Positions 29,382 through 40,537 of a DNA stretch of 48,306 nt are shown here, in pieces. The translations under genes and the position numbers were made by a program. Origin of the DNA: Prasinococcaceae sp. CCMP 1430. Taxonomy: Eukaryota; Plantae; Prasinodermophyta. The notes beneath the pieces were generated by a model that saw nothing but the letters and a program-made list of their open reading frames with translations, had not been told where the DNA came from and ran no database searches. Every line of letters starts with the position of its first letter. Within the stretch, counting starts at the first letter, position 1. The stretch covers positions 7,593 to 55,898 of the forward strand of contig RQSC01001337.1 of the NCBI GenBank assembly GCA_013416795.1, read 5' to 3'.

Positions 29382-30616
29382 ATGCACGGCTCGCAGCGGC
29401 CCGGCCAGCAATCTGCGCAGCGAGCCACGCATGAGGCCCCATCGCAGCAGCCCACGCAGCAGCGGGCGCACGCGCGGTTGGCGGCGCTGGCGAGGCCCGA
29501 TGAGACCCTAGCAGATGCTAGGCGGCGAGCAACAGGTGTGTGGCACGCCCGTTCGTGCGCCCACAAAAACGAAAACATCATCTCGCCGGGACAAGCGCGT
29601 GGCGCTGTGCGCCGCAGCTCGGGCGGCTCGAGTGTGTGTGGGCGTTCACGCGCACCCCTGCGGCTGACGCTTCTGCGCACACTCGTGCATCACCAGCCGC
29701 GCGGCGGCCGCTTCCGCGCACGGGCTTGCCTTTTATCGACGGCGCTCTCTCGGGGGGTCTTCGCCCCCACGACGTGCTGGAGATTGTCGCCGACGCGGGG
29801 AAGGGTGGCGCAGGCACCGGGGGAAAGGCGCGCGCCAGCTCTGCGCTCGGATCTGCGGCAGACTCGGCTGCGACGGCCTCGCTGCTGCATGCGGCGGCGG
29901 CCGCCGCCGTCGCTGGGGTCGTCTCGGTGTACATCGATTGCGCGGGTCGGACGGGTGCGACCTCCGTGGAGGGCGCCGTGCGTCGGAGGCTCGCGGAGGT
30001 TGGCGCGACGCACCTCTCCACAAGGCGCGTGACCTCACGCGTGCTCATGCAGCGCTGTCACAGCTCTGCGGCACTGCTGCTCGCGCTCAAGCGCCTGCCG
30101 CGGGTGGTTGCCGACGCCGAGGCGGTGCACGGCGAGGGCTGTGTCCGCATGCTGCTCATCGACTCGCTGGGCGCGTTCTACTGGACGGACCGCGCGGCGG
30201 CCGCGAGCGGCACCAGCGCGGCGGCAGCGCCCGGCGGCGGTGGCGCATACTTTCCGAGCGCCCAGACCGCTGCAGCAGCGCGCGCGTTCCCGCCACTTGC
30301 TCTCCACTCAATTTATCCGGCGTTGGCTCGAGAAGTGGGCGAGGTCGCCCGCATGCTTCGCCTTGCCGTGCTTGTTTCGCGTGTGGCCGTCTTCGCACGC
30401 AAGCAGCGCGAGATCGAGGGGGGTGCTCTTTACGCGGAGTACCTGCCGACACGCTGGCAGGAGTGCGTGTCGCATAGGCTAGTCATCAGCGAGACCGGCA
30501 GCGGGCCGGCTAGCGACGGCGACCAGGCGTACGTGGCGTCGTGGGAGCGCCCGACCCGCCTGCCACCGCGGCGCTTTGCCTTCGATGACCTTTCTGGGGC
30601 GGTGCGCATGCGCTAG
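29382..30616 (+). CDS. XRCC2: XRCC2-like RAD51 paralog
   Basis: Exons 29382-29535 and 29697-30616 (phase 1; CTGAC branch site). Motifs RPDET, TGLPFIDGAL..GLRPHDVLEI, VYID and a Walker B region LLIDSLGAFYWTDR characteristic of XRCC2. Walker A is degenerate and the start codon is tentative. Confidence 0.75.
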
Positions 30617-30849
30617 TCGGCCTGGCCCTCGCCCCGGCATTGGCACGCGCGCACACACACACACATAATATCGCGCACGCCCTGCCTGCGCGCAGGCGTG
30701 CGCAACCCTTCCCCCCAGCAAGGCGGTAGGCGCCGCCATAATGAGACGAGGGGTGCAGCCCGCTCCACGAGCGAGGAGTTCAGGTGCCGCTATGAGAGGA
30801 GACACGAGCGGCACTGGCGGGACGTAATGAGTTTGTTGCAACCGATTCG

Positions 30850-31968
30850 ATGTTCCAAACGCGCCACAGACCGCCCCGCGCGTGCGCTCCCCACAGCCTC
30901 CGCGGGGCCCCTCTCCGCCCCACCTCACTCCGCCCCCACCGCTGCGCCCGCACGCTGTCCTCGATGCGCTCTTTCCTCAAGGGGAAGGCCAATGAGGCGC
31001 GACGCGCGCTGGCGGAGCGGCAAGACGCCAAGGAGGTGGCGCGGCGTGCGCGCTGGCGCGAGCGGGTAATCGAGGGGGATGTGCCCGTGGCGCAGGCATG
31101 CGAGGAAGCCGTGCCGCCACCCGTCGCCTTCCTCGCGTTCGATGCATGGAAGGCGGCCTTCGAGCCACCGCTGGGCGCGCGCGCCGGCGTGGATTCGCAC
31201 ATTGAGCGCGCGGGCGACGCGGTGTTGCGGCGCGCCCTCGACATGGTGGCAGACGCGCTCGCTGCGGCGGCAGTTGCGGGCGCGCTCGAGGCGGCTGCAC
31301 GCGCACTGCATACTGCTGGCCGTGGCACCGATGGGGACCTCGCCGGCGCCATCAACGCGCTCATGGGGCTTGTGTGCGCCTTCCGCTTCGGAGGCCGCCC
31401 CGGGGACAAGATCAAGGGCGAGACGGCCGCGCGCGGCGCGTACCTGCGCGAGCTCGCCGCCTCGGCGCTCGTGGCGCGCCTCGATGGCCTCGCAGCCGCA
31501 GGCGCTGGCAGTGACGTGCTTGCAGACGCGCTCGTCGCGCGGCTCGATGACGCAAGCGATGACGCCACTGAGGCACTGCGCGCACTCCCCGTCGCCACGC
31601 TCGCCAAGAGCGCCCTCGGCGAGGCCGCCACCGCCGCGGGGGGGCAGGCTGCTACTGATGCCGTCGACGTCCTGCTCCAGGCAGCGCGCGCCTACCTCGC
31701 CGGCGCGGGTAAGGCCCTCACGCGCCGTCTTGGCGCGGCCGTGCGGGCTGTGCTGGCGGCCTACGACGACAATGCTGGGGGGGAGGGCGCTGAGACGGAC
31801 GCAGAGAAGCGCGCAGCACGGGCGAACGCGCTCCTGGCAGCGTGCGAGGCGCAGCATGAGGCGGCATACAGTACAGCGCGCGCCGTGTCGGGAGCGGTCA
31901 CAGGCTTCCTCGGCCACTTGGCGAAGGGGGGCGGGGATCGCGGCGGAGGCGGGGAGGAAGAAGAGTGA
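30850..31968 (+). CDS. Hypothetical Ala-rich helical protein with possible organellar transit peptide
   Basis: 372-aa ORF with GC3-rich coding-like codons and an Arg-rich N-terminus lacking acidic residues. TGTAA lies 26 nt after the stop. An alternative start is at 30964. Confidence 0.65.
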   Translation: MFQTRHRPPRACAPHSLRGAPLRPTSLRPHRCARTLSSMRSFLKGKANEARRALAERQDAKEVARRARWRERVIEGDVPVAQACEEAVPPPVAFLAFDAWKAAFEPPLGARAGVDSHIERAGDAVLRRALDMVADALAAAAVAGALEAAARALHTAGRGTDGDLAGAINALMGLVCAFRFGGRPGDKIKGETAARGAYLRELAASALVARLDGLAAAGAGSDVLADALVARLDDASDDATEALRALPVATLAKSALGEAATAAGGQAATDAVDVLLQAARAYLAGAGKALTRRLGAAVRAVLAAYDDNAGGEGAETDAEKRAARANALLAACEAQHEAAYSTARAVSGAVTGFLGHLAKGGGDRGGGGEEEE

Positions 31969-32065
31969 GGCCCCGGTTGGGGGGCTGGCACGATGTAATG
32001 AGTGACACGCACAGGCTACAGATGTAGTAGGAGATGAGATGCTGCGACATTTACAGACCGCCGAC

Positions 32066-33467
32066 CTACGCCATGGCGCCGGCCGCCAGCACGTCCATCA
32101 TGTTGAAGACCTTCTTGTCGCCGCCCTCGGCCATGCGCGCTGCCAGGAACACGGCCGCGTCTACCGAGCCCTCGGCGTAGATGGAGCGCCCGCACACGTT
32201 GTGCTGGAACTGGAAAGTGACGGTGCCATCGGGTGCCGTGAGCTCATATGTGTGATACGCGTGGCCGGAGAGGGCGTCCTCGGGAACGCCCATGCGCGAG
32301 ACCTGCTCGGAGGGCTCGCGCACCATCTCGATGTCGGCCACGTCGAAGCCAGCGCCCAGTCCGTTGAAGCTCTCCACGAGCGCCTTTGCCGTGCCGCTGG
32401 TGTCGACCTTGGTTGACTGGTGCGACTCCACGACCGTCATAGTGTAGCCCTTGAAGGCGTCGGGAAACGCCGACGCCATGTGCGCCAGCCCAGCCTGCAG
32501 CGCGACGATCTGCTTACCCATCTGTGGTGCGATGACAGCGTGCAGCCCCGCCGCGTCGACGTCGGCGAAGAGCTTGTCGCGGTCGCCGCCGGTCGTGCCC
32601 ATCACGAAAGGGGCACCCGCCTCGCAGTACACCTGTGCCATGTCGTTGACCGCCTCGGGCAGCGTGAAGTCGATCACGATCATGCCCGGGTAGTCGGCCA
32701 TTGCGCGTTTGAGCGCGCTCACGCGGTCCTCGTCAGCGCCGACCATCGTGACCTCCACCCCGCTCACGTCAACGGCGGTGCCGCCGCGGCCAGCGCCCGT
32801 GAGCGCGACCGGCACCAGCGTCCCGCCACGCCCCATCAGCACCTCCACGATGGCCTCGCCCATCTGAAGAGGGCAGAGAACGGAGAGAGGGTCGCGATGG
32901 CGGGCGGCCGAGGGAGGGATGCGAGTGGGCGGTCGAGGGAGGGATGCGAGTGAGCTGCGGTCAGCGCAGCTGTTCGCATCGAGGCGGGCGAAGGCCCCGT
33001 GCACGATCACGCGTGCGCGCGCAATCACGCCTGCGCACGCGTGCACACAAGGGCCCGCGCGCGCGCGTGGACGGGGCCAAGGCGCACAAATCCCTGCACG
33101 CGGCAATGGGTAGCTCGCTCACCTTGCCGCGGATGCCGTTGACCATGATGGGCGGCAGCGCCGCATCGCCGGCCATCACCGCCACCGCGCGTCCGCCGGT
33201 GCACGCTCGCTGTTGGCCGTGGCCCTCTACCACAGCCGCCGGCACGGCCGCTAGCGCAGCCGCCGGCGCGCACGCGCGCCGCTGCCCGCGCACAGGCCAT
33301 CGCTCCCTGCCCACCCACGCGCCTGATCGTGCAGAGGGCGCCCGGTGTGCCACGCCCGACCTGACGCGCCGCCGCCCCCTCCATCCCCCACCCTCTCTCG
33401 CGCGCACGCAAGCCCTCGCTGCCAGACGGGCCGCCGGCACTCCCGAATACGCGTACGTTACGTTCAT
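32066..33467 (-). CDS. DAPB: 4-hydroxy-tetrahydrodipicolinate reductase (plant-type DapB), plastid
   Basis: IMVNGIRGK|MGEAI across intron 33122-32864, then PFVMGTTGG, APQMGKQ, ESHQSTKVDTSGTAKA, GHAYHTY and FQHNVCGRSIYAEG. The start codon is uncertain. Confidence 0.92.
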
Positions 33468-33779
33468 TTTGACCTATTCTCCAGCATTCATACGCTTCAG
33501 TCTCCCGTTTTCCCATATTAGGAAGTATCAAATGAAGTATCCCGCAGATCCTAATGCCTTAGGGAGTGATTGAAAACGCTACAAAACCTTTTAAAACCGT
33601 AAATATATCCATGAAACCTTAACCTCAGCACTGCGCCGTCGGGGCGGCCGCCGGTGGCTGCGCGGCGCGCCGCGCCAGAGCCCCCCCCCCCCAGCCCGCG
33701 GGCGCACGGCTGCGCCCACGCCGCGCTCAGTGCGCGCGCTGCGCGCGGGCGCACGGCTGCGCCCACGCCGTGCTCGGCC

Positions 33780-35104
33780 ATGGTAGTCGGCGAGGGTGCA
33801 GGTGATGCAGGCGTTGCCTCGGCTGCAGGCGGCGACGGCGGCGGCGGCGGGGACGTCGGCTGGGTGCTAGAGGAAATGCGAGAGGTGTCCCCGGCGGTGT
33901 TCGATAGGTGCGATGAGCGCGCCTGGAGGGGCGCGGCGGGCCTCTGGACGCGCATGTGACTCACGTGCGAGTGTGTGCTGACGCGCCTGGCGCGCTCGCG
34001 CGCAGGCATGCCGAGCTGCTCGAGCGCTGCGCGCGCTGCATCCCGCGATGGAGGGAGCGCTACTGCGGCGTCGGCGACGCTGCCAGAGGCGAGCAAGGCG
34101 GCGGCGAGGACGACGACAACGGCACCAGGGGCGTGTGGCAGCGCCTTATGAAGAAGGGTCCCGGCGGCGTGACGAAAATGCTCAAGGAGGTTGTCGAGTG
34201 CGCGCCCGTCATCGCCGCGGCGCTCGCCACCGTGGAGGCGCTGCCCGAGGGCGAGCGCGCGACCATCGTCGACCTGTGCTGCGGCAAGGGCTTCATGTCC
34301 ATGTTCCTCGCCGAGCTGCTGCCCGCGCACAAGGTGCGCCGCTGCGTGCTCGTCGACAAGTGCTGGCCAATGCACGGCGAGGCACCCGGGCCTCGCCATA
34401 TCTCGCCGGAGCACATCTACTTCGAGTCGCAGACAGGCGCGGGCGAGGCCGAGCCATCCGCCGCGACCAAGCCATGGCCGGTGCCCATGGAGTGTGTCAA
34501 GCGCAACCTCAAGAAAGGCCGCGAGCAGGAGCATTTACGTACTCACGTCATTGACTCGCCGGCAGACGATGCGGGGCCTACCATCCTGCTCGCGGTGCAC
34601 CTCTGCGGGCGCCTGGCGGTGCACGCCGTGAGGCTCTTCAACGAGTCGCCGCATCGTGTTTCACTCCTTGCGCTCAAGCCCTGCTGTCTGCCCGCTGCAC
34701 AACGCAACGACGACCGCGAGTTCATCGCCATCGGGGGGCATCGCTTCTGCGTCGGCGACGTCTCGTGCCACGGGCGCTTTGTCAAGGGGCAATGGCGCGG
34801 CGAGACGCGGTCGCACCTGCGTGATCGCTTCGAGAGCTGGTGCGACCACCTGCTGGCGGGGATGGACGTCACTGGCGAGCAGACGCTGGCGTCGGGGGAC
34901 AGGCGAGCGGACGGCGATGGAAACGGCGCGTCGGAAAGTGGTGGTGAAGGTCAGACCGAAGGCGATGCCTTTGAGGGCGCACGGGGTGCCAAGGACATTG
35001 TGACCGAGCAGTTGCAGACGGATGGAGGCTATCAGAACGAGTACCTCTTTGCGAGGCGCACGCGTCTCGCGCCTCGGCGGCCGCCGGTGCGCCCGCGCGC
35101 ATGA
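33780..35104 (+). CDS. SAM-dependent methyltransferase (Methyltransf_32 / METTL25-like motifs)
   Basis: Exons 33780-33907 and 34006-35104 are in phase. Motif I TIVDLCCGKG, plus LAVHLCGRLA and LKPCC motifs. Confidence 0.7.
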
Positions 35105-35321
35105 CGAGGCGTGGCTCAACAAGCCGAGCGCAGCGACTGGGAATAATAATAGGTTAATTGCGCATTTGATTCTACGCTCTCGCTCTCGCTCAGGTCTGGC
35201 GCTGTCGTGCACGACGCGTGTGCGATGAGTGGGGGCTGCTGGCGCAGGCGCGGGCGCGCGGGCGCGTCCAGCGGTGCGCGTCTGCGATCGTCACCGCGCC
35301 ACTGCTGCCCGCGTCGTCGAC

Positions 35322-36342
35322 TCACTTGGTGCACTTGAAGCCGTTGCACGCAATCATGAAGATGACGAAAATGACAGTGAGCAAGATGAGCGCAACGATG
35401 AGCTTCATCTTGAGGTTCTGCCACCACATCTTGCTGCGCAGGCGACGGCCCTGGTGGGGCCAGCGCGCGAGTTCGGCGCCATGCGCGCGGAAGAGTCAGC
35501 GGGCAGGCACGTGCACGGACGGGCCAGCTGCAGCGGCCATCCGCGGCGCGAGTTTGGCGCGCACGCACCGTGCGCTGGAAGGCGTCCGCCTGTGTGCGAA
35601 GGTTCTCGGTCTTGTCGACGAGCAGCTCGATCTTCTCGCCGCGGTCGAGCACCTTCTCAATGTTGTCCATCATGACGTTCTTCACCTCCGACACCTGTTT
35701 CTGCACCATCGCCACCTTGGAGAGCTCTTCGGGCTTGTCTGCGGCAAACTGCATGTGGCGCTTCAGCTGTGGCCCAAAGCTCTGCTGCAGCGAATGCGAG
35801 CCCGCCGAGCCGCCAGCGCCGGCCATGGCGTTTGCCATGAAGTCGTCCCGGACGCGCTCCAGGAACGCGAACGGCTACACGGGCGGGCGCGCGGGCGGGC
35901 GCGCGTGGGCGAGCGCAGCGGGCAGCAGCCGAATGGGCACGGCCCGTTCTGTCAGCACAGGCGCGCTCTCCCTCTTTCATTCGCGCGCGCATTCGCCTCC
36001 TCTCTGTGCGCATTGGCCCGACGCGTTGCGTCGCGGAGCCGACCGGGGCGCGGGCGGGCGGGCGCCCCGGCGCTGCCTGCGTGCGGCGCACCCGCATGCG
36101 CCACTCACCACCTGCCGGCCGTAATCCTCGTCCGCCACCGCCAGGAACGCAAACCCTCCGTGGCACAGATAGTTGAACGTGTGGCGGTCGCACGTGTACG
36201 TCATGCGGCAGGTCTCGCTCGCCGGCAGCTTCTCGAGGCACTGCAACGCCACCACGCTGAAGTTGCCGCTGTACGCCGTGTGGTCGCACAGGACCGTGCT
36301 GGGGCGGCGCGCCACAAAGGCATAGATGAGCCCCTGCGCCAT
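35322..36342 (-). CDS. VAMP72: Longin R-SNARE, VAMP7/VAMP72 family
   Basis: Exons 36342-36109, 35874-35569 and 35450-35322 total 669 nt. Longin domain (LIYAFVAR...[10 protein letters not shown]), SNARE motif ([30 protein letters not shown]), MWWQNLKMK and a C-terminal TM helix. Confidence 0.95.
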
Positions 36343-36695
36343 TGCGAGCTCCCCGAGGCGGGGTCGGCCGGGGTCGGCCGGGGGGTAAGGGAGGGGGACG
36401 GGGGTGTCCGAACGCAGCTCGCGCGTGCGGGGTGCGTGGCAAGCTCGCGGGGGGCCGCGCGTGCGCCCTGCTGCCCGCCCCGGCCCGTGCGCCTCGCTCG
36501 GAGCACGCAATTCAAATTTTTAGTGGCGGTGGGGCTTGGTGCGTGCGGGCCGCAGGCGGCGGGGCATGAAGGACGCGCCGGCGCGTGCTAACTAGCGCCC
36601 GCGCCCCGGTACTTCACCCCCCCCTCTTCCCCCCCCGATCCTCCCTTCCCGCTTTCCGCCCCTGTTACAACGCCCGTGCACTCGCGCTCCTGCAG

Positions 36696-36858
36696 GAAGG
36701 GCCCCCCGAAGCCCAAGAAGAAGAAGGCGAAGAAGGCCGCCAAGAAGCCCAAGAAGAAGAAGGCGAAGAAGGTCAAGAAGGCCAAGAAGGCCAAGAAGGC
36801 GAAGAAGGCCAAGAAGGCGAAGAAGGCCGCCAAGAAGCCCAAGAAGGCCAAGAAGTAA
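36696..36858 (+). CDS. Lys/Ala/Pro-rich histone-H1-tail-like basic peptide, last exon; start not resolved
   Basis: After the acceptor CTGCAG (36690-36695) the frame reads KGPPKPKKKKAKKAAKKPKKKKAKKVKKAKKAKKAKKAKKAAKKPKKAKK*, with AAG/GCC/CCC codon usage. Confidence 0.6.
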
Positions 36859-37120
36859 GCAGGACATCCCCGCACGTCCTTCTTCCAGCCGGCCGGCCAG
36901 CTGGCTGGCGGGCCGGCCCTCTGCGGGGCGCTCATATGCGGCGTCCCCGACTACAAAACTGGTGTTTCAAAAACACCACCGATCCTCGAGAGCCCCCCTC
37001 CCTGCACGCCCTGCCCCGCACGCCGCCCGCGCCAGCTGCGCAGCGCTCGCGGCTCACGGCCGCGAAGCCAAGCCCCGCTCCGCTTCGTCTCGGAGGGTGC
37101 ATTACTTCTCGCGCGCGCCC

Positions 37121-38453
37121 TCATTGGTAGTGCGGCCGTCGTCCACCGCGCTGCGCTGCGCGCAGGCGCGCGTGGCGCTGCTGATACTCCAGTGATTGCT
37201 GCTTGATCGCCGTGCGTAGCACAACGTACGCGCCGCCGGTCGCGGTGCCGTAGAGGGCGACCAACGCGAAGAGGATCATCGACAGCGCCGAGAAGAGTGC
37301 GACCACGTAGAAGAGCATGCCTGCGTGGTGCGGGGGGGCGAGGCGGCGGCGTGAGGACGCGCACCAGCACGGTCGCAGCGCGTGCGGCAGGCCGTCGGCG
37401 CGAGTGCGCGCGGGTAGGAACGCGCGCCGAGCGCGCGGGTGCGAATGCTCGCGCGTGGGCGTGGGCGCGGCTGGAGGCAGAGGCGGACGTACCCGTGACC
37501 ACGTTCGGGTCATAGCTGGTGACAACGCCCCACAGCGCGAACGCGAAGTAGATCGCCGCGCCGAGCATCCCGAGCGTGAAGTTGATCGCGATGGTGAACA
37601 TCCACTTGATCGCGAAGCCCACCCAACTTTCCTCCTGCCGGGAGTACAGCACGGTGTTGACAGCGTCCCAGAAGGTCTGCCGCTGTGCAAAGACCTTGCC
37701 TTTCTCGAACGATTGCTGCGGGACGGTGCGGAGCGGGCGTGAGCGCGGGCGCACGCATCCACGGGCGGGCACGCCGCCGTCAGCGCTCGAGCGATTGGCG
37801 CGGGCAGGCCTCGCCCACTCAGCCACGGCAGGGGCGGCGCAGCGGCGTTGGCTGTGCGCTGCGCCGTACCCAGAAGGCATTTCGGCTCTCGGTGACGCCG
37901 TCTGTGCTGAAGATGCCCAACTCGCGCTTGGCAGCCGACACGATGGCCGCCTCCCGTTTGCGCATGCCGCGCAGGTCACGCAGCGCCGCGTCATGCTCGC
38001 GCTGCGCGGGCGGCACGAGCGAGCTGTACGGCGTGCGAAAGCGCCAGAACCAAACCTGTGGCCGCAGCGCGAGGCGCGGGAGGGCGAGAGCGAGAGCGTC
38101 GCAGGGTCAGCGGCGGCGATGGGGCGCGCAAACGGACACAGTGGTCGCGACGCAATACGCGTGCGCACCTTCACAGCTTCGAGGTCAATGCGGGCAGCCT
38201 CGTAGTTGCTCGTGACGGCCATGTATTCGTCGACAAAGGCCGGTGCATCGAGCCTGGCCATCTGCTCAGCATAGGCTTCCTTTGCCGCTGCGCTAGGTTC
38301 GTACCCGCGCGCGCCGTAGCACGCGAGCACGCCAACGAGCCACAAGCCTACTGCCGCCTTCGCGCGTGGCGGAGATCGCTGCCACGCGCGCGCGACGACC
38401 GAGATTGCGCCGCCGCCGCCCGCGTGAGCGGCCACCTGGCCCCGCCGCGACAT
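37121..38453 (-). CDS. Uncharacterised multi-pass membrane protein (297 aa, 4 exons)
   Basis: Exons 38453-38169, 38055-37870, 37715-37493 and 37320-37121 total 894 nt in frame, all GT-AG. It has an N-terminal hydrophobic helix, a charged helical region and two or three C-terminal TM helices. Confidence 0.75.
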
Positions 38454-39039
38454 GCCGCGCCTCGCTTCCTCCTGTCCTCCGCCCCGCTCCAGTTCCCCCG
38501 CCGCCGCCGCCTCCTCCTCCCTGCTTCGCGGCGCGGCGCGCAACGCCCTGAGCACCAACCGTGCCGTGGACAGCCTGCCCAAGAGCGCGGCAAGCGACCC
38601 GCCCCTGGCTCTCTGGGCCCCCGACCCCCTGCACCGCACCGTCCCCTCCCGCGCGCGCTGTGGCGGCGGTTGTCGCGGAAGCGCGCCGCGCCGGCTGCCC
38701 GCTTCTTATGCATCATATAAAAACACATCACATGTAGCCACGGCGTAGCCATGCCTCTCAAGTGCCATGGATGGCGACGCGCCACGCGAGGCGAGCCCAT
38801 GAGCCCGGTCTGTGACGGGGAAGAACCGATTTAAATCCGTGATGGTGACGAGGTGTGCATACGGTTCCATGCGCGTCACCCGGGATTAGACCCGGGCGAA
38901 ACTGGGGGACGGGTGGCAGGGTTTTTGCGTGTGGATAGCGCTGAGTCACTGCGCGCTCGCGAGGCGTGTGTGGGTGGCGGGCGTCGGCGTCGGCGCGTGG
39001 TGCCTCCGAGGGGAAAGCGCGTGCTCGGGGATCGAGACG

Positions 39040-40328
39040 ATGGCGGCGATCGCTGCTGCGCCGCGCGCGGCGGCCGCCGCTGCTGGCGCGTGCGCACTGC
39101 CACCCACGCAACAACTCGCTCAGTCACTCTACAGGCCGTCCCGCGGCCGCGTCGCTCCCTCGCGTGCGAGGCCGCTCGGACGACCGGGCGCTCGACGGCG
39201 CCTCGCACCTCGCGTGGACCTCGCGTCGCGATGCCCAGCCACCGGTGGGGCGCGCGCGCGGTCACCCCCGCTGCCGCCGCCGGCAGCGCCGCGTGTGCGT
39301 CGCAGTGCCCGTGTGCGCGCTGGCGCACGCGACGATACCGACGTCGAGGAGCTGCCTGCAGGCGCCGCCGAAGCCGGCGCCACCGATGGCGCGCAATCGA
39401 CTGAGCTGCTCTTGTGGGTTGGTGGCGCGGCGCTCTTCGGCGCGGGCATATTCGCCGTGCAGGGCGCTGACCCCGCCGCCGAGTTCTTCGCGGGCTACGT
39501 CCTCGAGCAGGCGCTGTCGGTGGACAACCTGTTCGTGTTCATATTGGTGTTCTCGTACTTCAAGGTGCCGCCGGCCGCTCAGGAGGTCGCGCTCAAGTAC
39601 GGCATCGTGGGTGCCGCCGTACTGCGCGGCGTGTTCGTGCTGGCCGGTGCGGCCGTGCTCGAGCGTTTCGAAGGCGCGCTGGGTGTCTTTGCGCTCATCC
39701 TCATCTACTCGAGCTACAAGCTGCTCACTGAGGAGGAGGACGAAGACGAGAGCCTCGAGGACAACGCACTGGTCAAACTCTGCTCCAAGTGCGTCCTTTG
39801 CTCGCCTTACGTGTGTGTGCCCGCGCTTTTCTCGTGCCATGCGCTCACATCTCGCGACCTGCCACCCTGCATCACTCTGTCCGCGCCCACGTCTATTGCA
39901 GGTATATCGACACAGTGCCGGAGTTCGACGGCACCAAATTCTTCACTACGCTGTCCGACGGCGCACGCGCGGCCACGCCATTGCTGCTCGCAACCGCTGT
40001 GATCGAGCTGAGCGATGTTGTGTTCGCTGTTGACAGCATCCCCGCGGTCTTCGGCGTGACGCGTGATCCCTTCATCGTGTACACCTCCAACATCTTTGCG
40101 ATCCTGTCGCTGCGCGCACTCTTCAGCTTCGTGCAGGGCGCGCTCGCCGAACTGCGCTATTTGCAGCCCGCGGTGGCCGTCGTGCTCGGATTCATCGGTG
40201 CCAAGATGCTCGCTGACCTCGCTGGCTACCACATCGATACCACCACCAGCCTCGCGGTGGTCGCGGGGCTCGTTGGCACCGGCGCGGGCGCCAGCCTGCT
40301 GCTGCCGGAGGAGGACGATGAGGCGTAA
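39040..40328 (+). CDS. TERC: Thylakoid TerC-family integral membrane protein
   Basis: FFAGYVLEQALSVDNLFVF, LKYGIVGAAVLRGVF, IELSDVVFAVDSIPAVFGVT and IVYTSNIFAILSLR; intron 39789-39901; transit-peptide-like N-terminus. Confidence 0.93.
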
Positions 40329-40493
40329 ATCCACAGGGCAAGCGCACAGGTGCACGGGGCGGCAATTGATGCATGCGATAAGAAAGTGTGTGCGCAGAGC
40401 GGCACGGGGGTCCCGCGCGCGAGCGAAAAAGGGCGCAACAGAGAAAGGGCGGTGTAGTTGCAGGTGATAGGAGGGCGCCCCCTTGTCCGCGAT

Positions 40494-40498
40494 TTACA
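40494..40498 (-). terminator. UGUAA polyadenylation signal after the Nup85-like stop (one example of several)
   Basis: TGTAA on the sense strand 40 nt after the stop. Similar sites occur at 19488 (ABC1), 24733 (HLTF-like), 31994, 32051 (DapB) and 43178 (TAD3). Confidence 0.6.
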
Positions 40499-40537
40499 TG
40501 CGATGACTGCCGCGGCGGTAGCGTGCACGGCGCGCAT

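Noticed and set aside
36710-36858. AAGAAGGC repeat as a CRISPR array or non-coding satellite
   Set aside because: There are no unique spacers, the context is eukaryotic, and the repeat keeps triplet periodicity and ends in a stop after a splice acceptor.
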